This document shows, one piece after another, positions 18,056-27,304 of a stretch of DNA of 64,000 nt. Source of the stretch: an uncultured Acidobacteriota bacterium (lineage in GTDB: Bacteria > Acidobacteriota > Thermoanaerobaculia > Thermoanaerobaculales > Thermoanaerobaculaceae). The notes under the pieces are model-generated. The model made no database searches and was not told where the DNA came from. It saw only the letters and a list, made by a program, of their open reading frames with translations. Each line of letters opens with the position of its first letter. Positions within the stretch are counted from its first letter, which is position 1. The stretch is from contig CAVSFK010000004.1 in assembly GCA_963727275.1 (NCBI GenBank), positions 69,076-133,075 of the forward strand, given 5' to 3'. Made by a program: the position numbers and the translations under genes.

Positions 18056-18466
18056 ATGACACGGACGGTCGTGATCGATCCCTCCGACCCGACGCCGATC
18101 TGGCGCCAGATCGAAGAGGGCGTCCGCCGGCTGGTCGCCTCGGGGGCGCTGGGGCCCGGCCGCGTGGCGCCGTCCGTCCGCGAGCTCGCGAAGGCGCTAC
18201 GGGTCAACCCGGCGACGGTCGCCAAGGCCTATCAGCGCCTCACCGACGCCGGCGTCCTCACGGTCCGCCGCGGCGAGGGCACCTTCGTGGCCGAGGCGCC
18301 GCCGCGCTTGACCGAAGACGAGCGCCGGCGGGTTCTCCGCGAGGGCGCGACCCGTTTCGCGACACTCGCGACCTCGATCGGCGCGAGCAGGGAGCACGCG
18401 GCCGCGGAGCTCGAAGAGGTGTGGAGCGACTTCGAGGCGAGCGGCGGGAAAGGGGCGCAGCGATGA
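18056..18466 (+). CDS. GntR-family transcriptional regulator (short YtrA-like subfamily)
   Basis: Winged HTH PIWRQIEEGVRRLVASGALGPGRVAPSVRELAKALRVNPATVAKAYQRLTDAGVLTVRRGEGTFV, with a short C-terminal domain. Confidence 0.85.
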   Translation: MTRTVVIDPSDPTPIWRQIEEGVRRLVASGALGPGRVAPSVRELAKALRVNPATVAKAYQRLTDAGVLTVRRGEGTFVAEAPPRLTEDERRRVLREGATRFATLATSIGASREHAAAELEEVWSDFEASGGKGAQR

Positions 18467-19401
18467 GGGGCGAGGGTGACCAGCCTACGGCCGTGGCCGA
18501 GTTCGAGGGTGTCACCGTGCGCTACGGCCGCACCCTTGCGGCCGACGGGGTGACGCTCAGGGTCCCACCGGGGCGCGTCTACGCGCTGCTGGGCCGCAAC
18601 GGGGCCGGCAAGTCGTCGCTCGTCCGCTGCCTGCTCGGCCAGCAGAAACCGTCCGCGGGGCGGGCGATGCTGTTCGGCGAGGACGCCTGGAGCACGCGGG
18701 TGCGGGCGATGGCAAGGGTCGGCGCGGTGCCCGAGGAGCCCGACGTCCCGCCCGAGATGACCGCGACCGAGGCATCTTCGTTCTGCGCACGCCTGTACCC
18801 AAGGTGGGACGAGGCCGGCGTGCGGCGGCGCCTCGCGCGGTTCGATGTCCCCGAATCAGTGCCTGCCGGCAAGCTCTCGAAAGGCCAGAAGGGGCAGCTC
18901 GCCCTCGCCCTCGCGTTGGCGTCCCAACCCGAACTCCTCGTCCTCGACGACCCGACGCTCGGCCTCGACGTGGTGGCGCGGAAGGCGTTTTACGAGGAGC
19001 TCGTCGGCGAGCTCGCGGACCGCGGCACCACGGTGTTCCTGACGACGCACGACCTCGCCGGGATCGAGACGATCGCGGACCGCATCGGGATCCTGATCGA
19101 CGGCCGCCTCGCGCTCGACGAGGACCTCGAGGCGCTCAAGGGCCGCTTCCGAAAGGTGAGGTTCGGCGCGAGCACCCACCGCACGGCGGCCGTCGCAGGC
19201 CACGAACTGGCCGCGCTCGGCGCGCTCGGCGTGGTCGAAGGCGGCTGGGGCCTTGAGACCGTCGTTACCCGCTTCGAGGAGGAGCGCGTTCGAGCGCATG
19301 ACGGCGCGTGCTCCGACGACGGCCGCGCCCGTAGGCCGCAGGGATGTCGCTCGAGGAGATCTTCGTTGCGGTGGACGGATGACGCGCGGGAGGTGCGGTG
19401 A
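18463..19401 (+). CDS. ABC transporter ATP-binding protein (probable 1-nt indel near 19341 affecting the C-terminus)
   Basis: Walker A GRNGAGKSS, signature LSKGQKGQLALALA, Walker B LLVLDDPTLGLD. ATGA start/stop overlap with the GntR gene. The family-typical end MSLEEIFVAVDG* lies in the -1 frame (19344-19382), whereas the as-read frame runs on to 19401. Confidence 0.8.
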   Translation: MRGEGDQPTAVAEFEGVTVRYGRTLAADGVTLRVPPGRVYALLGRNGAGKSSLVRCLLGQQKPSAGRAMLFGEDAWSTRVRAMARVGAVPEEPDVPPEMTATEASSFCARLYPRWDEAGVRRRLARFDVPESVPAGKLSKGQKGQLALALALASQPELLVLDDPTLGLDVVARKAFYEELVGELADRGTTVFLTTHDLAGIETIADRIGILIDGRLALDEDLEALKGRFRKVRFGASTHRTAAVAGHELAALGALGVVEGGWGLETVVTRFEEERVRAHDGACSDDGRARRPQGCRSRRSSLRWTDDAREVR

Positions 19402-21480
19402 TGAGCGGCGTGCTGGTCGTCGCCACGCGGGAGCTGAAGGCGAGATGGATGGTCCTCGCCGCGGCGCTGGTCGCGGGCCTGATGGCCGTCCTCCTCCCGG
19501 TCTTCTCCTCGCTGGGCAGGCACAACGCCCGCGATGCCCGTGAGCTGTTGGCCGTCATCTTCGCGGAGCATTCGCGATGGGCGTGGCGACGGTGGTGGGC
19601 GCCGGCATGATCAACCGCGAGCTGGTGGAACGGCGCCACGGGTTCCTCTTCGCCCGGCCGCTCTCCGCCGCCGCGATCTGGGGCGGCAAGGTGCTCGGGT
19701 GCTGGATGCTGGCTATGGGCTCGGGTCTCGTGGCGCTCGGACCGGCGGTCGCGGCCTCCGGCGGGTTCCACCTCCTCGGTGCGACGGCCGGTTACGTGGA
19801 CAATGCCGCAGCGGCCGCAGGCGCTGCGGCCGCTGTCGTGTTGCTCATCCTCCTTGCTCACGCGGTCGCCCTCATGGTGCGTTCCCACACGCCGTGGCTG
19901 CTGGCGGTCGATGCGGTCTTCGGGATCGGCGTGATCGTGATGGCCGGCCTGGCCTTGCGGTCGCTCGTGGTCGCGGACGCTTCCGACGCAGCGATGCGCG
20001 GTGCCGTGGTGTTCACGGCGGTCGTTTTCGTCGCATTGTTCGCCGTCGGGCTGGGCCCAGGTGGCGTGGGCCGAACCGACATTCGTCGCGGCCACCGGGT
20101 GCTGTCGCTCGTCCTCTGGAGCGTCGCTCGGGCGCGCCGCTGCTCGCGGTGGCCGGATACTCCCGCTGGGTCGTCGCTGCGAGGCCGACGGACCTTGCAG
20201 GCATCAGCTGCACGGATTCTCGCGCCGCGAAAGGCGAGTGGATAGTGGTGTGCGGGACGGGCGCGCGGCCGGGGCGACTACTGCCCCGTCCTTCCTCTAC
20301 GACACGGGATCCGGTCGCAGCGTCACGCTTGGCCTCGCGCGCGGTTGGTGGCCCCCCTGCCGTTTCGCCGACGATGGGACGCGCGCGGCTGGATGTCTTC
20401 ACCCGCGAGCTTCAGCGATTCCGGCTGCGACTTGGTTACGCTCGACCTGACCGACCCCGCCTCCGCACCGGTCACGACCCGGATCAGCTTCGCGCGCCCC
20501 GACACGTCGGTGCTGGGGCTGTCGCCCGATGGGCGGCGGCTCGTGGTCAGAGATCAGAAGACGATCTCCGTCATGGAACTCCTCACGGGGCGGCTGCTGG
20601 CAAGCGTCCGGCTGCCGGAGGGTCTCGGATCCGGTTCCGTGAGGGTTCTTCGGTCAGCGCCGGGACACGCTCTCCCTCGCCGGCCGCGCTGGCCGCAGGG
20701 TCGCCAAGTCCGACGCGGGTGGACGTGCGGCTCTTCGAGATGGACCTCTCGACCGACGCAGTTTGAACGAGACCGGCCGCATCGCCGGGCTTGGGTCGAT
20801 CGTGGGTGTTGGGGGATCCTGCACGACCCCAAGACGGGCCACGATAGTTGGTGGTGCGGCGGGGCGCGTCCGGAGGCTCGATCGTGCGCTCTGCCGACGC
20901 GCGCACCGGCGATCACGGGTCTCGACCCTGGCGACATGCGCGGCGCTGTCGCGTGCAGAGCGGCGATCCTCGCCGACGGGCGCATCGTCGTCGCCGAACC
21001 GGGCGACGCAGGGTGCCGGCTTCGCGTGTTCTCGCGGCCGGGGCGCTGCTGCGAACGATCGAGATCGGGCCCGGGGTGAGCAGTGAGACTCGGCGGCGAG
21101 CCGACGCCGAGAACCCGGTCGTGATCACGACACGTTGAGCAAGCCGAGCACTACTCGAGTGGCGACTCCCGACCCATATCGTGGACCTCAACAGCGGGAC
21201 CGTCACCTCGCTCGGGCAGGGGTATCGCCCCCCTGACGTCGTTCTGGTTTTCCAGCGCTGCCACCGTTCCCACTCCCGGCAGCATCGGGACCACTGCGTT
21301 CCTCGACGGGGTCGGTCGTCTGGCGCTGCTCGACCCGGCAACCAGCACGTTCCGCACCGTTGCTGCCGGGGCGGTGGCGCACGAACTGAGCGCCGGCGGG
21401 CCGGCGCGGCTCGGTGCAGACGTTGACTCCCGCCGAGCGAGGGCTGCCGGGCAGTACTGCGTTTCTGGCGAGTCGGTCTC
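19398..21480 (+). pseudogene. ABC-2-type permease fused or adjacent to a beta-propeller-like domain, apparently broken by several frameshifts
   Basis: Protein-like text hops between frames. MSGVLVVATRELKARWMVLAAALVAG.. is in frame 3. ..MGVATVVGAGMINRELVERRHGFLFARPLSAAAIWGGKVLG.. is in frame 2 (ORF 19577-20245). LLAVAGYSRWVVAARPTDL is in frame 1. FLYDTGSGRSVTL is in frame 3. LVTLDLTDPASAPV..LGLSPDGRRLVVRDQKTISVMELLTGRLLASV is in frame 2 (ORF 20345-21079). VDLNSGTVTSLG and FLDGVGRLALLDPATSTFRTV follow downstream. The 3' end is ill-defined. Confidence 0.4.
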
Positions 21481-21557
21481 CGGCGGCACGGTCGTACAAT
21501 GCGGGTCCGTGCTTCCGACCTCAGCCCCCGCCCGTGCGTCGGCCCGAGGCCGCGCCG

Positions 21558-22208
21558 ATGAGGCTGGTGCGCGACCCGGTGTCCGGGTTCACGCACCTCG
21601 GCGGCGCCGTGGCGGCGGTGATCGGCGCGACGGTGCTGGTCACGCTCGCCGCCGTCCACCACAAGTGGTGGCACCTCGGGGCGTTCATCGTCTACGGCGC
21701 GTCGCTCGCCCTGCTCTACATCGCGAGCTCGCTCTACCACCTTCTGCCGGTCTCGGAGAGGGCGCGCGTGGTGCTCCGCCAACTCGACCACGTCGCGATC
21801 TTCCTGCTCATCGCCGGGACCTACACGCCCATCTGCCTCGTGCCGCTGCGCGGTCCGTGGGGGTGGTCGCTGTTCGCGGCGGTGTGGACGCTGGCGCTCG
21901 CCGGGATGTTCGTCGCTATCTTCGTGATCAACGCCCCGCGGTGGCTGTCGGTTGCGCTCTACCTCGGCCTCGGGTGGCTGGTGATCGTCGCGATCTGGCC
22001 GCTGCTGCACCGGATCTCCGGGGTGGGGCTGTTCTGGTTCGGACTCGGCGGGCTGTTCTACACCGCCGGCGCGGTGATCTACGGGATCAAGCGCCCCGAC
22101 CCGGCCCCCGGGATATTCGGGTTCCACGAGATCTTCCACCTGTTCGTAATGGCCGGCTCCGCGGCCCACTTCTGGGCGATCGCGCGCGCCGTCCTGCCGC
22201 TGCCGTAG
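21558..22208 (+). CDS. hemolysin III / PAQR-family channel protein
   Basis: FTHLGGA, SSLYH, LDHVAIFLLIAGTYTP and FHLFV motifs across 7 TM helices. Start at MRLVRDP. Confidence 0.88.
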   Translation: MRLVRDPVSGFTHLGGAVAAVIGATVLVTLAAVHHKWWHLGAFIVYGASLALLYIASSLYHLLPVSERARVVLRQLDHVAIFLLIAGTYTPICLVPLRGPWGWSLFAAVWTLALAGMFVAIFVINAPRWLSVALYLGLGWLVIVAIWPLLHRISGVGLFWFGLGGLFYTAGAVIYGIKRPDPAPGIFGFHEIFHLFVMAGSAAHFWAIARAVLPLP

Positions 22209-22268
22209 GAAACAGGCGCCGGGAAACTATCGAGTGAGCGGTCCGTAGCAGGGAACCTGGGAGGAAAC

Positions 22269-25200
22269 ATGCGCGTTGATCGGATGCGAGTCGGGCTCGT
22301 CGGCTGGGCGCTCGTCCTGGCGGCAACCGCCGCCGGCGTCTCGGCGCAGACCAAGTTGCTCCGCTTCCCGGACATCCGGGGGGAGGAGGTCGCGTTCTGC
22401 TACGCGGGCGACCTCTGGCTCGCGCCGGCGGCGGGCGGCGCGGCCGCCCGGCTCACGGCCCACCCCGGCCTCGAGCTCTACCCCAAGTTCTCGCCGGACG
22501 GCAAGTGGATCGCGTTCACCGGCCAGTACGACGGTGACGAGCAGGTCTACGTGATCCCGGTGACCGGAGGCGCGCCGAAGCAGCTCACCTGGTACCCGGC
22601 GCGCGGCCCGCTGACGCCGCGCTGGGGGACCGACAACCAGGTCTACGGCTGGACCCCGGACGGCAAGGCCGTGCTCTTCCGCTCGCTGCGCGACGGCTGG
22701 GACCTCGGCGACTCGCGGCTGTACACCGTGTCCGATCGAAGGCGGCCTCCCGGTGCCGCTGCCGATGCCGCAGGCCGGCGCCGGCACGTTCTCCCCCGAC
22801 GGCGCCAGGGTGGCCTACTCGCCGCTGTTCCGCGACTTCAGGACCTGGAAGCGCTACCAGGGCGGGTGGGCCGAGGACCTCTGGGTGTTCGACCTCGCGA
22901 CGCACGCGACGTTCAACTTCACCGACAACCCGCGCACCGACCGCGACCCGATGTGGATCGGGGGCGCGATCTACTTCGCCTCCGACCGCGACGGCACGCT
23001 CAACCTCTACCGGTACGATCTCGCGAGCAAGGCGACCACCCAGCTGACGCACTCGACGACGTCCGACGTGCGCTGGCCGTCGGCCGACCGCGCCGGCCGC
23101 ATCGTCTACGAGCTCGGCGGCGAGCTGCACGTGTTCGAAACTGCGAGCCTCGCCGACCGCGCGATCTCGATCGCGGTGCCCAACGACGGCGTCGCGATGC
23201 GGCCGTCGCGGGTCTCGGCGGAGAAGCTCGTCGAAGACTTCTCGCTCGCGCCCAAGGGGGAGCGAGCCCTGTTCGTCGCGCGCGGCGACGTCTTCACGGT
23301 GCCGATCGAGAAGGGCCCCACCCGCAACCTCACCGACTCCTCGCGCTGGCACGACAAGTGGGCGCGCTGGTCGCCCGACGGCCGCCAGATCGCGTTCATC
23401 TCCGACCGCTCGGGCGAGGAGGAGGTCTGGCTCGTCGACCAGGACGGCTCCGGTTCGCCGCGTCAGCTCACCAAAGGCGGCCGCGCGATGCGCTACGCGC
23501 CGGAATGGTCGCCGGACGGCACGCACATCGCCTTCTCCGACAAGGACGGCCGCCTCTGGGTCGCGAGCGTCGCGGACGGCGCCCTCGTCGAGGCCGCCAA
23601 GGACCGTCGCGGCTCGCTCCGCGACTACGCGTGGTCGCCGGACGGCGCGTTCCTCGCGTTCTCGCTCGCCAACCCCAGCGGGTACCGCTCGATCGCGATC
23701 TGGGCGTTGCAGGACAAGGCCCTCCACGGCGTCACCGACGCGATGTTCAACGCCGTCCATCCGAGCTGGTCGCCGGACGGCCGATACCTGTACTTCCTCT
23801 CCGACCGCGAGTTCGCGCCGCAGCTCTCGACCGTCGAGTGGAGCTTCGCGACCAACCGTACGACCGGGATCTTCGCGCTCGCGCTCGCGAGCGACGCACC
23901 CAACCCGTTCCCGCCCGAGAGCGATGAGGTCAAGATCGAGATGCCCGGAGCGCCGGCGCCCGACGCCGCCAAGGAGAAGGGGACCGAGAAGAGCTCCGCG
24001 GTCGAAAAGCCCAAACCGGTGAAGATCGACTTCGAGGGGCTCGCGGAGCGTGTGGCGCGCGTGCCGGTGGAGGCCGACAACTATGCCGGGCTCGTCGCGA
24101 CCGGCGAGTACCTCGTCGCCCTGCGGACCGGCGCGCCGTACTACGGGCGCGAGGCGGAACCGGCGTCCTCGCTCGTGGTGTTCTCCCTGCACGATCGCAA
24201 GCTCACCACGCTCGTCGACGAAGCCGACGACTTCGCGCTCTCGCGCGACGGCCGCAAGGCGCTGGTCAAGAAGGACGGTGCCTACACGCTGGTCGACGTG
24301 GACCCCAAGTCCAAGGACAGCAAGGAGGCGAGGAAGCCCGTCTCGACGAAGGAGCTCTACGTCGACCGCGTCCCGGCCGAGGAGTGGGCCGAGATCTTCG
24401 ACGAGGTGTGGCGCCGGTATCGGGACTTCTTCTACGTCACCAACATGCACGGCTACGACTGGAGCGCGCTCGGGGCGCGGTACAGGGCGCTGCTGCCGTA
24501 CGTCGCGCATCGCTCCGACTTGAACTACGTCCTCGGCGAGATGGTGGCCGAGCTCAACATCGGGCACGCCTACATCGAGGGCGGCGACTTCGAGGTTCCG
24601 CCCCGCCCCAAGGTCGCGCTGCCGGGCGCCCGCTTCGAGCTCGACCGGACGTCGGGCCGCTACCGGATCGCGGAGATCCTCGCGGGCCAGAACGAGGAGG
24701 AGCGCTACCGCGCGCCGCTGACCGAGATCGGGGTGCACGCCAAGGTCGGCGACTACGTGCTCGCGGTGGACGGCGAGGACCTCAGGGGCACGGACAATCC
24801 GTACCGGTTGCTGCGCAACAAGGCGGACCGGCCCGTGACGCTGACGGTCAACGACTCTCCCGAGGCGAAGGGCGCGCGGACCGTGACCTTCAAGCCGGTC
24901 AGCAGCGAGGTCGAGCTCCGCTACCTGCAGTGGGTGGCGGGCAACCGAACGCGCGTGGACGCGCTGTCGGGCGGCCGAGTGGGCTACATCCACCTGCCCG
25001 ACATGGGGGAGGACGGGATCCGCGAGTTCATCAAGTGGTACTACCCGCAGCTCCGCAAGGAGGGACTCGTCGTCGACGACCGCCGCAACGGCGGCGGCAA
25101 CGTCTCGGCGATGCTGATCGACCGCCTCCGCCGTGCCCTACTGGGCACCGGTTTCTCGCGCACCAGCGAGGACACCGAGACGTACCCGCCGGCGACGTTC

Positions 25201-25581
25201 GTGGGGCCCATGGCGTGCCTGCTCAACGAGACCTCGGCCTCCGACGGCGACATCTTTCCCTACATGTTCCGCCAGGCCGGCCTCGGCCCGCTGATCGGCA
25301 AGCGCTCTTGGGGCGGCGTCGTCGGGATCGACGACCACGGGCCGCTCGTCGACGGTGGCGCCGTCTTCGTGCCCGAGAGCGGCACGGCCTCCGCGGAGGG
25401 GGCGTGGATCATCGAGGGGCACGGCGTCGCCCCGGACATCGTCGTGGAGAACGATCCGGCCTCGGTGCTCGCCGGGCGCGACCCGCAGCTCGAGCGCGCG
25501 GTCGCCGAAGTGATGAAGGCCATCGCGGCGGGCGGGAAGAAGCTGCCGGCGCGGCCGCCCGATCCGGTCAAGACGAAGTGA
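22269..25581 (+). pseudogene. tricorn-type protease homolog (S41 family with beta-propellers and PDZ), interrupted by a +1 frameshift at about 22734
   Basis: The N-terminal ORF (22269..) gives signal peptide + [23 protein letters not shown]...SRLYTVS. It then continues in another frame as [23 protein letters not shown]... to 25581 (ORF 22753-25581). The junction reads gtg tcc G atc gaa. Total length is 3313 nt = 3n+1. This may be a sequencing error. Confidence 0.85.
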
Positions 25582-25657
25582 GGGGCGCCGGAACGTCGCC
25601 GGGCATGCGGCCGTCGGCCGGCCCAGGCGCGGCCGAGCTGCGCTAGGATCGTTCGAG

Positions 25658-27304
25658 ATGCCCGAGCGGGAGCGGCGCTGGAACGGGTGGGGCTTCACCG
25701 ACGAGCGCGTCCCCGTGCCCGAGCCGGCACGCGCCTGGCTCGGAGTCCGGCTCGGCGCCGGTGACCCGTTGCCGGCCGTGCGCGAGGACGAGGTTTCGAT
25801 CCCGCCGCCGCGACCGCTGCCGTCGTTCGCGGCAACGACCCTGACCGACGCGCCGGTGCGCCTGCGCCACGCCTGCGGCATGTCGTTCCCGGACCTCGTG
25901 GCGCTGCGCAGCGGAACGGTCGCGGCTTGCCCGGACGCCGTCTGCTTCCCGGCCGACGCCGAGGAGGTGGCCGGGCTCCTGCGGACCGCGGCCCGGTCGG
26001 GGCTCGCCGTGATCCCGTGGGGCGGCGGCACCAGCGTGGTCGGCGGCGTGACCGTGTCCGCGGGGGGCCCGCCGACCGTCGTGCTCGCGCTGGATCGTCT
26101 GCGGGGGCTCGCCGCGCTCGACGCGCCCTCACAGCTCGCGACGTTCCGCGCCGGCACGTTGGGGCCCGAGGTGGAGGCGGCGCTCGCACCGCACGGGCTG
26201 CGCCTCGGCCACGAGCCGCAGTCGTTCGAGCTGTCCACCGTGGGCGGCTGGGTGGCGACGCGCTCGGCGGGCCACCGTTCGACCGGGATCGGCAAGATCG
26301 ACGACCTTGCGGCGGGGTTCGAGCTCGCGACCCCCCGCGGGCCGTGGCGGCTCCCGGCCCGGCCGGCGTCGGCCGCCGGCCCGGAGCTGCGCCGGCTCGT
26401 GATCGGCAGCGAGGGGCGGCTTGGCGTGATCACCGAGGTGACGCTGCGGGTCCGTCCCCAGCCCGAGCACCGCGACGGCGTCGCCGTGCTGCTCCCGGGT
26501 TGGGCCGCCGGCGTCGACGTGTGCCGGCAGCTGGTGCAGAACGGTCCGGTGCCCGAGATGCTACGGCTGTCCGACGTCGAGGAGACCGCGTTCGGGTTCG
26601 CGCTCGTCGAGCTTCCCCGGCTGTCGGCGGGAGCCCGGGACGTGCTTCTCCGCCTGCGCCGGTTCCGCCACCCTTGTCTGCTCCTCGCTGAATGGGACGG
26701 AGGCGCCCAGGAGGTCACGCTCGCGCGCCAGGCGGCCGCGCGCGCGTGGCGGGAGGCCGGCGGGCTCGCGCTCGGCCGCTCGGGGTGGCGGCGCTGGCTC
26801 GCCGAGCGGTTTCGCCAGCCGTACCTGCGCGACTCGCTGCTCTCGGCCGGCTGGGGTGTCGACACGCTGGAGACCGCGACGACGTGGACGAACGTCGCCG
26901 AACTGCACGTCGCCGTTCGCGAGGCGATCCTTGCCGCAGGGACCGCCGGCGGCTTCGCGGCGGTCACGCTGTGCCACATCTCGCACGCCTATACGGACGG
27001 CGCCTCGCTCTACTTCACGTTCCTGTGGCCGCTCGCCAAGGGGCGGGAACTGACCCAGTGGCGCGCGCTCAAGAGCGCGGCGACGGAGGCGCTGCTGGAT
27101 CACGGCGGGACGCTCACCCATCACCACGGGGTCGGGACGATGCACGCGGCCTACCTGGAACGCGAGAACGGGCGGGAGGGCGTGGCGGCGTTGCGGGCCC
27201 TGGCCGCGGCCTTCGATCCTGAGGGCGTGCTCAACCCGGGCGTGTTGCTGCCGGCAACGGTTCGCGGCGAGTCGCCGCCGGCGGGCGGCGGGAGGGCGGC
27301 GTAG
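25658..27304 (+). CDS. FAD-linked oxidase, alkyl-dihydroxyacetonephosphate synthase (AGPS)-like
   Basis: N-terminal RRWNGWGF motif typical of AGPS, FAD-binding PCMH-type segment VIPWGGGTSVVGG, and C-terminal HHHGVG. Confidence 0.75.
   Translation: MPERERRWNGWGFTDERVPVPEPARAWLGVRLGAGDPLPAVREDEVSIPPPRPLPSFAATTLTDAPVRLRHACGMSFPDLVALRSGTVAACPDAVCFPADAEEVAGLLRTAARSGLAVIPWGGGTSVVGGVTVSAGGPPTVVLALDRLRGLAALDAPSQLATFRAGTLGPEVEAALAPHGLRLGHEPQSFELSTVGGWVATRSAGHRSTGIGKIDDLAAGFELATPRGPWRLPARPASAAGPELRRLVIGSEGRLGVITEVTLRVRPQPEHRDGVAVLLPGWAAGVDVCRQLVQNGPVPEMLRLSDVEETAFGFALVELPRLSAGARDVLLRLRRFRHPCLLLAEWDGGAQEVTLARQAAARAWREAGGLALGRSGWRRWLAERFRQPYLRDSLLSAGWGVDTLETATTWTNVAELHVAVREAILAAGTAGGFAAVTLCHISHAYTDGASLYFTFLWPLAKGRELTQWRALKSAATEALLDHGGTLTHHHGVGTMHAAYLERENGREGVAALRALAAAFDPEGVLNPGVLLPATVRGESPPAGGGRAA

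Noticed and set aside
22700-22770. Programmed ribosomal frameshifting as the explanation for the split genes (tricorn, M1, UbiA)
   Set aside because: There is no slippery heptamer (X XXY YYZ) and no obvious stimulatory structure at any of the three junctions. The genes are unrelated, and these families are not known to use recoding. Indel error or mutation is more parsimonious.
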